From the IMG/VR virus record IMGVR_UViG_3300048926_000237, positions 1-7,390 of that record: a stretch of 7,390 bases of DNA; one strand, 5' to 3'. The translations under genes were made by a program, and so were the position numbers. Below, in pieces: positions 1-4,627 of the stretch. How positions within the stretch are numbered: the stretch's first letter is position 1; each line of letters opens with the position of its first letter. A model generated the notes under the pieces. That model saw nothing but the letters and a program-made list of their open reading frames with translations, was not told where the DNA came from and made no database searches. This stretch comes from a virus.

Positions 1-51
1 ATGAACAAAAGCGGCTCCAAATCCAGCATGCGCTGGCTCGGCAAGTAAGAG
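1..51 (+). CDS. 3' fragment of the pVI-like gene (duplicate of 7264..7314 region; not a separate gene)
   Basis: Reads MNKSGSKSSMRWLGK-stop, identical to the C-terminus of the 7003..7311 CDS. It is part of the terminal overlap. Confidence 0.85.
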
Positions 52-127
52 GCTTACCCCATGCTGATCATTCGTACCGGCCTGCCAGGTGCAGGCAAGA
101 CCCTCAACGCCATTCGCGAAATCGACC
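1..127. repeat. Terminal redundancy, copy 1 (identical to 7264..7390)
   Basis: Base-by-base comparison of 1..127 with 7264..7390 shows no mismatch. Confidence 0.98.
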
Positions 128-1341
128 TCGAGCACGCTGCAGACCCGAACGACCCGACCAAGCGTCTGCACAAAGACCCGAACGACCCCGATCTGCCGCC
201 TCGGCCGATCTACTACAACGGTATCCCAGACCTGCTAGTCGATAAGCTGAAGGGCAACTGGATCGAGTGGCACACCCCCGAAAAGTGGTTCGAGCTTCCA
301 GACGGCGCCGTTATCGTCGTCGACGAAGCCCAGGGCACCTTCGGCACCGATATAGGCCGCGCCCGCGTTGAAAAGGTCACCCGTTTCGAGAAGCACCGGC
401 ACCACGGCTGGGACATTCACTTAATCACCCAGCACCCCAGCTTGCTGGCTCCAGCAGTGCGCAAGCTCGCCGGCAAACACATCAACTTTTTCAGGCCCTA
501 CGGGCGCTCCAAGGGCATCTTTCGGCACGAGTATGAAATGTGCATCGACAGCCCGGAAAAGCGCTCCAACTTCAAAATGTCGCAGGAAACCAAGGTCGAA
601 CTGGACCCGGCGTACTTCGGTATCTACAAGTCCAGCACCGTCCACACCCACAAGAAGGTGACGCCCCGATTCATCAAAATGTTGCCGCTCTACATCCTCG
701 GCGTCGTTGGCCCGCTGGCACTCCTCGCAGGTGGTTTCTGGTGGCTCATTAGCAGCAGTCAGGACGAGAACGATGCGATCAGGCAGGCGCAAGGGCAGGG
801 CAGTGACCTGCTCCCATCCGCTGCCACCGCAGAAGCCTCTGAGCAGCCCCGCACGACTGAGAAGTCGTCAACCGCCTCTAAGTCAGAGCAGTACCTAGAA
901 GACGCGACGCCGCTCGTTTCTGACCTGCCGCAGTCTGCGCCCAAGTATCACGAGCTGGCCAAGCCACGCGATTTCCCGCGGCCTGTCTGTGCTGCCAGCA
1001 ACGATGATCGTGTCATCGACAAGGCCATTCACCGAGGCCAGAAAATCGGCTTCTACCAGGGCAAGCGTGCTGCCTGTCAGTGCTACACGCAGCAGGTGAC
1101 CCGCATGGAGACCACCTTTGACTTCTGCATGGATGTGGTTACCAACGGGTACTTTGACGACACGCGTGCAGCTCCTGTCATCGCTAGCGGCAACCAGCGT
1201 GGGTTATCTGGCCATGCGTCACCCGACATAACGGCTGCTGCGAGAGACCGAGGGCGCGCAGCGTCCTCGCAGCAGCCGGTATCATCGGCATCCGGTGACA
1301 TTGTTGTCGTCGGCTCCGGCAAACCCGGCATTCTTTGGTGA
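61..1341 (+). CDS. zot: Zot-like / pI-like phage assembly (morphogenesis) P-loop NTPase
   Basis: N-terminal MLIIRTGLPGAGKT Walker A (79..102) and hhhhDEAQ Walker B-like VIVVDEAQ. One TM segment (LPLYILGVVGPLALLAGGFWWLI) lies about 205 aa in, followed by a periplasmic Cys-containing C-terminal domain. GAGG RBS at 49..52. Its position after the pVI-like gene matches inoviruses. Confidence 0.93.
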   Translation: MLIIRTGLPGAGKTLNAIREIDLEHAADPNDPTKRLHKDPNDPDLPPRPIYYNGIPDLLVDKLKGNWIEWHTPEKWFELPDGAVIVVDEAQGTFGTDIGRARVEKVTRFEKHRHHGWDIHLITQHPSLLAPAVRKLAGKHINFFRPYGRSKGIFRHEYEMCIDSPEKRSNFKMSQETKVELDPAYFGIYKSSTVHTHKKVTPRFIKMLPLYILGVVGPLALLAGGFWWLISSSQDENDAIRQAQGQGSDLLPSAATAEASEQPRTTEKSSTASKSEQYLEDATPLVSDLPQSAPKYHELAKPRDFPRPVCAASNDDRVIDKAIHRGQKIGFYQGKRAACQCYTQQVTRMETTFDFCMDVVTNGYFDDTRAAPVIASGNQRGLSGHASPDITAAARDRGRAASSQQPVSSASGDIVVVGSGKPGILW

Positions 1342-1350
1342 GGACTGACC

Positions 1351-1461
1351 ATGAAGCGACCCGTTTTCCGTGGCTATAGCGATCTCGATGCATTCATCGA
1401 CGGCTTGGCCTGGTGGACTGTGATGATTGCCGCCACTGTCGCCATGATCGTCTTCCTGTAG
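1351..1461 (+). CDS. 36-aa small membrane peptide (MKRPVFRGYSDLDAFIDGLAWWTVMIAATVAMIVFL), function unknown
   Basis: Not in the ORF track (too short). ATG at 1351 is preceded by GAGGA (1340..1344) at 6-nt spacing and lies 10 nt after the zot stop. Basic N-terminus plus one C-terminal TM helix. Confidence 0.45.
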   Translation: MKRPVFRGYSDLDAFIDGLAWWTVMIAATVAMIVFL

Positions 1462-1494
1462 GCTTCGCATAATGATCAGGGATTCATGGTTAAT
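1462..1494. other. dif-like sequence (candidate XerC-arm / attP)
   Basis: GCTTCGCATAATG (1462..1474) matches the XerC-arm side of gammaproteobacterial dif (recalled as GATTCGCATAATG... in Pseudomonas) at 12 of 13 positions. TCATGGTTAAT (1484..1494) loosely resembles the XerD arm TTATGTTAAAT (8/11) but sits 5 bp too far away. Confidence 0.3.
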
Positions 1495-1546
1495 GGCGTC
1501 CGGAAAATCGTCCCGATCCGGGCGTCATTGACCCATAATCCCCGTT

Positions 1547-1777
1547 ATGCGAACGCCCCTCGACATCCCCACGCACCTTGTGAAAGACGCCGCCCTTTAC
1601 GCGCCTTCTCGCGATCCTCTCGATGCTGTTTGCCACGTCCTGCAGGACTACCCTAGGTTGGTTTCCGAGGTGCGCGAGCTGCGCCGCCGTGTAACCGACT
1701 TGGACGGCGAGGGCGCCGAGCTGGACGACCTTCTTGCCAGGCTTCAGCACGTTGCCAGGCAGATTCTCGACCTCTGA
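1547..1777 (+). CDS. Small ribbon-helix-helix-like protein with helical/coiled-coil tail (76 aa)
   Basis: N-terminus MRTPLDIPTHLVKDAA follows the MRTxLDIdddLlxeA pattern of VapB/DUF2191-type RHH proteins. The C-terminal half is heptad-like (VSEVRELRRRVTDLD...LLARLQHVARQILDL). No SD is visible, and CATAAT (1534..1539) ends 7 nt before the ATG, so the mRNA may be leaderless. It is on the same strand as the other phage genes. Confidence 0.5.
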   Translation: MRTPLDIPTHLVKDAALYAPSRDPLDAVCHVLQDYPRLVSEVRELRRRVTDLDGEGAELDDLLARLQHVARQILDL

Positions 1778-1779
1778 TT

Positions 1780-1966
1780 TGTTAGCACGCGGATCTCCTG
1801 CAGGATCTGACCAGGTTGAATTCTGTTAGCACCCCGCCTGTGGAGCTGTTAGCAGAATTCGCCCCGGGAAGTCCTCGAGCTGGAATCTTCTGTTAGCATT
1901 CCTATCGATAGAAGTGCTAACATAATGCTCCGCGGCGCCAACCAGGTGATCGCTTTTTTGTTAGCA
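1780..1966. repeat. Array of six TGTTAGCA octamers (five direct, one inverted): candidate iterons/operators
   Basis: Exact TGTTAGCA at 1780, 1824, 1847, 1891 and 1959, and its reverse complement TGCTAACA at 1915. Start-to-start spacings are 44, 23, 44, 24, 44 bp. Confidence 0.85.
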
Positions 1967-1975
1967 GGGGAAGCT

Positions 1976-2239
1976 ATGCCAACCATCATGATTCGCCACG
2001 CAACAGACGATCAGCTTCGCGAGGCCATGCGCCTGACTGGTCACACCACTGCGTCCAAGGCCCTCGTTGACTGCGTGGCCATCGCCAGCAAGAAGACTGA
2101 CGAATCCTCTCGCTTGCGTCAGGAGGTCTACGTGCTCAAGCAAGAACTGGCCTTTTCCCAGCAGGTTATTCGCCGTGCCAAGGACTCTGCAGCCGCGCTT
2201 CTCGATCACGTTGCCCAGGGCGACTTGCTCAACGGATAG
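1976..2239 (+). CDS. VapB/DUF2191-like ribbon-helix-helix DNA-binding protein with long helical tail (87 aa)
   Basis: TIMIRHATDDQLREAMRLTGHTTASKALVDCV matches the beta-strand/DDxLxxEAMxLTG/helix signature of VapB-type RHH antitoxins. The tail SSRLRQEVYVLKQELAFSQQVIRRAK is coiled-coil-like. ATG 1976 follows AGGGGAAG. The track start at 1925 would place an octamer repeat and a -10-like box inside the gene. Confidence 0.7.
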   Translation: MPTIMIRHATDDQLREAMRLTGHTTASKALVDCVAIASKKTDESSRLRQEVYVLKQELAFSQQVIRRAKDSAAALLDHVAQGDLLNG

Positions 2240-2354
2240 TGCCCAGCTCTCAAGCTGACCACTCCACGCTGATCACTCGCTTTTGCTCGTGTTGGCACGC
2301 TCTTTCATCCCGCGAGGCGATCCACTCGCACATTTGCGATGGGCCGGAACGGGC

Positions 2355-2376
2355 CAGGGGCGAAGCCCTGCTTTTT
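2355..2376 (+). terminator. Short GC-rich hairpin followed by T5 (candidate terminator for the 1976..2239 gene)
   Basis: CAGGG (2355..2359) pairs with CCCTG (2366..2370), followed by CTTTTT (2371..2376). Confidence 0.4.
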
Positions 2377-2400
2377 GAGCGCTCGACGGCGCCCGGAGGG

Positions 2401-2427
2401 GTGGGGGTGCTGTTACACCCCCACTTT
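2401..2427 (+). terminator. Perfect 9-bp GC-rich hairpin plus TTT (terminator and/or ssDNA structural signal)
   Basis: GTGGGGGTG (2401..2409), loop CTGTTA, CACCCCCAC (2416..2424), then TTT. Confidence 0.5.
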
Positions 2428-2428
2428 G

Positions 2429-2448
2429 GTATGGACTTCCATACTTTT
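2429..2448 (+). terminator. 7-bp palindromic hairpin plus TTTT
   Basis: GTATGGA (2429..2435), CT, TCCATAC (2438..2444), then TTTT (2445..2448). It lies immediately 3' of the convergent repressor gene. Confidence 0.4.
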
Positions 2449-2453
2449 GCTGC

Positions 2454-2834
2454 TCAACCCTGCTTCAGCAGCTCCCTGTTCTGGTGCTGCATGATCAGAG
2501 CTCTGATTACCTCTTTCGTGGTCTCTCTTTCCTGGCCCTTAAGCTTTCTAAGCTGTTGAAATAAAAGGCTTAAATCTCCATCCGGGCCTAGCTCTTCCTC
2601 GTCGAACAGCAGCTGGTCTGCTGTACACCCCAGCGCTATCACTACTGCCTTGACCTTCGACACGCCTGTGTCGCCTATACCGGCTTCCATTCTTTGGATC
2701 GCTTTCAGGTTGAGGCTTGCCAGCACTGCAAGCTGGCCCTGTGACAGGCCGGCCGCCTCTCTGAGCTTTCGCATGTTCTCGCCGAGGGTCATTTCTGTCG
2801 TGCTCTTGGGACGTTCATAGGCCAATTTGACCAT
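2454..2834 (-). CDS. XRE / Cro-C1 family helix-turn-helix transcriptional repressor (126 aa), likely the phage immunity repressor
   Basis: LGENMRKLREAAGLSQGQLAVLASLNLKAIQRMEAG is a typical HTH_XRE motif. It is the only minus-strand gene and is divergent from rep. Start chosen at ATG 2834 (MVKLAYERP) because AAGGAG lies 8 nt upstream on the minus strand. The track start at 2864 would contain that RBS. Confidence 0.9.
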   Translation of the reverse strand: MVKLAYERPKSTTEMTLGENMRKLREAAGLSQGQLAVLASLNLKAIQRMEAGIGDTGVSKVKAVVIALGCTADQLLFDEEELGPDGDLSLLFQQLRKLKGQERETTKEVIRALIMQHQNRELLKQG

Positions 2835-2873
2835 GTTTTTCACTCCTTCTGTCTCAACCGCCAATCACCTTGG

Positions 2874-2927
2874 GACAAATATGTCTTGACCGGGACAAAT
2901 TCGTCCTTATGATGCGACGCATATGTC
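2874..2927. promoter_or_regulatory. Three pseudo-palindromic 12-bp operator-like sites in the repressor/rep divergent region
   Basis: GACAAATATGTC (2874..2885), GACAAATTCGTC (2894..2905) and GACGCATATGTC (2916..2927). Half sites are GACA/TGTC-like and starts are spaced 20 and 22 bp apart. The first two are embedded in the direct repeat GGGACAAAT. Confidence 0.5.
2886..2913 (+). promoter_or_regulatory. Sigma70-type promoter for rep
   Basis: TTGACC (2886..2891), 16-bp spacer, TATGAT (2908..2913), about 40 nt upstream of the rep ATG. Operator-like site 2 fills the spacer and site 3 covers the predicted start point. Confidence 0.55.
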
Positions 2928-2953
2928 TCATCATCTGACCACGGATGTCCTGA

Positions 2954-4084
2954 ATGTTCATTGATTGGCTCACTGTCTCGCAGGAACACCCGTTCGACCT
3001 TCCGGTCGTCTGCGACGTGTTCACGCTGACCATCGACGCCAATACCGATGAGGTGCTCAGCACCCGGCAGCCACGCTTCAAGCATGAGGCCAGTCATTCG
3101 ACCTCGATCACCATCCATGTCCAGGGGCGCAAAGTTCGCGTCGAGGGCAACCCAAGCAGAGTAGGGCGCCTTGATAACCTCTTCGGGTTTACCACCATCG
3201 AACAATGCATTGCCGTCTACAACGCGATCCTGCGCGAATACGGCCTTCCGGGTTTCACCCGTTGCACTGGCTCTGACCTGCGCCAGGGTCAGTCGGGCGG
3301 CTCGGCTGGCGATTGGATCGGTGACGGCGCCAAGATCGAACGTATCGATCTGACAACCAATGTCACGGTTGGCGAGGGCAACGTCCTTGCCTACCTGCGC
3401 GGCGTTTCCAGCCAGCGCCTGGGCCATTCCATCGGCTTCCTCTACCCCAACGGTCGTACCGTCAGCTGGACCCCCAAGGGCAACGGCAAAGGCGGTCGCC
3501 TGCAGTATCGCAAGGCCTACGACAAGACCTTCGAACTCGACGCCAACCTGCTGCCACGCATGAAGCGCCTGTATGGCGATGAATCCCCCGAATTTCAGTA
3601 CGCCCAGCGCGTACGCGACTACTGCGCCCAGCACGGCGTTGTTCGCATGGAACAAGAGCTGAAAAACGAATACCTCCAGCGGCACCACCTTGCGTGGTGG
3701 GGGCTATTCGACGAACGCCGCTTCGGTGAATTGCACGGTGAATTTCTGAGAGTAGATGAGCGATTACAGGTGACTGCGATGGACATGATGACGATAGCTG
3801 AGAAGCTCCTAGAGACCGGTGTTGTAGCCAGTCGACAGGCTGCAAATTCCACGGCATCCGCCGCGATTCTCTGGATGCACGGCCACCAGTTCGACTTCTC
3901 CAAGTCGCAAGCCAAGGTCAACGCCGCCCGCTTGAATCAGATCGGCATCAACATCCGCAACGCCTGCGATACCAGCCGCTTTGCGCCTGTGTTCGTTCGC
4001 CAGTGCCGCGAAATCACCAAGTCCAACGTCCTGGCCATCCCGAGCTGGTACCAGCGCGCGAACCACCTGCAGGTGGCTGCATGA
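2954..4084 (+). CDS. Rolling-circle replication initiation protein, gII/Phage_CRI-like
   Basis: Several blocks line up by eye with Ff gene II protein. These are MFIDWLTV (Ff MIDMLVL), GNPSRVGRLDNLFGFTT (Ff ASPAKVLQGHNVFGTTD), IERIDLTTN (Ff ISRIDATFS) and VRMEQELKNEYL (Ff VRFEARIKTRYL). It sits upstream of the ssDNA-binding gene as in Ff. Confidence 0.93.
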   Translation: MFIDWLTVSQEHPFDLPVVCDVFTLTIDANTDEVLSTRQPRFKHEASHSTSITIHVQGRKVRVEGNPSRVGRLDNLFGFTTIEQCIAVYNAILREYGLPGFTRCTGSDLRQGQSGGSAGDWIGDGAKIERIDLTTNVTVGEGNVLAYLRGVSSQRLGHSIGFLYPNGRTVSWTPKGNGKGGRLQYRKAYDKTFELDANLLPRMKRLYGDESPEFQYAQRVRDYCAQHGVVRMEQELKNEYLQRHHLAWWGLFDERRFGELHGEFLRVDERLQVTAMDMMTIAEKLLETGVVASRQAANSTASAAILWMHGHQFDFSKSQAKVNAARLNQIGINIRNACDTSRFAPVFVRQCREITKSNVLAIPSWYQRANHLQVAA

Positions 4085-4167
4085 TCGCCGCCACCCTCGA
4101 CATCGCCATCGTCTGCATGGCCGGCGCCGTTGCCATCGTCTGGCTCGGCGATTGGGTGCGCGCATGA
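4081..4167 (+). CDS. 28-aa hydrophobic peptide (MIAATLDIAIVCMAGAVAIVWLGDWVRA), function unknown
   Basis: Not in the ORF track. Its ATG overlaps the rep stop (ATGA at 4081..4084), and its own stop overlaps the next ATG (ATGA at 4164..4167). Single TM-like helix. Confidence 0.4.
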   Translation: MIAATLDIAIVCMAGAVAIVWLGDWVRA

Positions 4168-4355
4168 AGCCTTCTCTTACGCGTGACCGCCTTAAAGGAA
4201 CCCGCCACGTCCTGCACGTTATTTGCCTTGATGGTCGCCCCATTCTGCCCACCTATCTTGGCTGGTTCGAAGCGCCCCTTGTTGTCGTCGATAACGAGAC
4301 CCTGTGCCTCTACACCCCAGTTCGTTGGGTTCGTCTGCGAGGGCTTACCCATTGA
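4164..4355 (+). CDS. Hypothetical protein, 63 aa (MKPSLTRDRLKGTRHVLHVICLDGRPILPTYLGWFEAPLVVVDNETLCLYTPVRWVRLRGLTH)
   Basis: In-frame ATG inside track ORF 3981..4355, coupled by ATGA to the preceding peptide. Same strand as the operon. No recognisable motif. Confidence 0.5.
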   Translation: MKPSLTRDRLKGTRHVLHVICLDGRPILPTYLGWFEAPLVVVDNETLCLYTPVRWVRLRGLTH

Positions 4356-4627
4356 AAACAGTGAGCTTCCAGGGAACCCAACTGACTGCTGGCCAACGCC
4401 GCCAGCTGGAACAACGCCAACAGGCCAAGCCCGCATTTTTGGCGCCGCACCTCCAGCAGATGCTGGACGACAGCGCCCGCGAAATTGCCCGCATGAAAGA
4501 GCAGGGCGCCCAGGGTGAAAACCCGAACAAGTTCAAGCTCGAATATCAGACCAAGGGCACGCCCTGGCTCGGTGACGTGTTTGGATTTGCAACTTACGAA
4601 ACCGAGGAAAGTAACCATGCCATTTAA
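4352..4627 (+). CDS. Hypothetical Gln/Glu-rich protein (about 88-91 aa; start uncertain)
   Basis: Track ORF 4304..4627 starts at a GTG inside the previous gene. A TTG at 4352 overlaps the previous stop (TTGA). Other in-frame candidates are GTG 4361 and ATG 4460. The 3' end overlaps the gV-like start by 11 nt. Confidence 0.5.
   Translation: MKTVSFQGTQLTAGQRRQLEQRQQAKPAFLAPHLQQMLDDSAREIARMKEQGAQGENPNKFKLEYQTKGTPWLGDVFGFATYETEESNHAI

Noticed and set aside
1-127. Terminal repeats as biological LTR/att duplication or cos-type ends
   Set aside because: The repeat cuts through two coding genes that are only intact on the circle. Its length equals a common assembler k-mer, and filamentous phages have circular ssDNA genomes.
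1490-1750. 86-aa minus-strand ORF opposite the first RHH-like gene
   Set aside because: The + strand frame has an RHH-like N-terminus and a heptad-like tail and matches the phage's transcription polarity. This call is not certain, so the + ORF is given only 0.5 confidence.
1790-1945. Engineered multiple cloning site / phagemid vector
   Set aside because: No resistance marker, plasmid origin or lacZ fragment is present, and the sites are interleaved with a regular natural-looking repeat array. It is kept as a low-interest finding to be checked against vector databases.
1780-1966. CRISPR array interpretation of the TGTTAGCA repeats
   Set aside because: The repeats are only 8 bp, one copy is inverted, spacers alternate between 15-16 and 36 bp, and the array overlaps a promoter and RBS. 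This is not CRISPR-like.
2239-2559. 106-aa + strand ORF spanning the hairpin region and the 3' end of the repressor gene
   Set aside because: It starts at a non-ATG codon, runs through three terminator-like hairpins and overlaps the well-supported XRE gene in antisense. The translation is Cys/Ser/Phe-rich with no motif.
2909-2938. 9-codon upstream mini-ORF (ATGATGCGACGCATATGTCTCATCATCTGA) in the rep leader
   Set aside because: It has no RBS and overlaps the -10 box and start point. It is better explained as the inverted repeat and operator site 3.
2840-3688. 282-aa minus-strand ORF antisense to rep
   Set aside because: It lies entirely within the strongly supported gII-like rep CDS. The translation is Ala/Gly/Val-rich with no motif, as is typical for antisense frames of GC-rich genes, and it has no RBS.
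3809-4436. Minus-strand ORFs 3809..4252 and 4014..4436, and + ORF 3981..4355 read from its track start
   Set aside because: These are Arg/Trp/Cys-rich nonsense-like translations overlapping rep and the coupled small ORFs. Only the 4164..4355 portion has a coupled ATG start.
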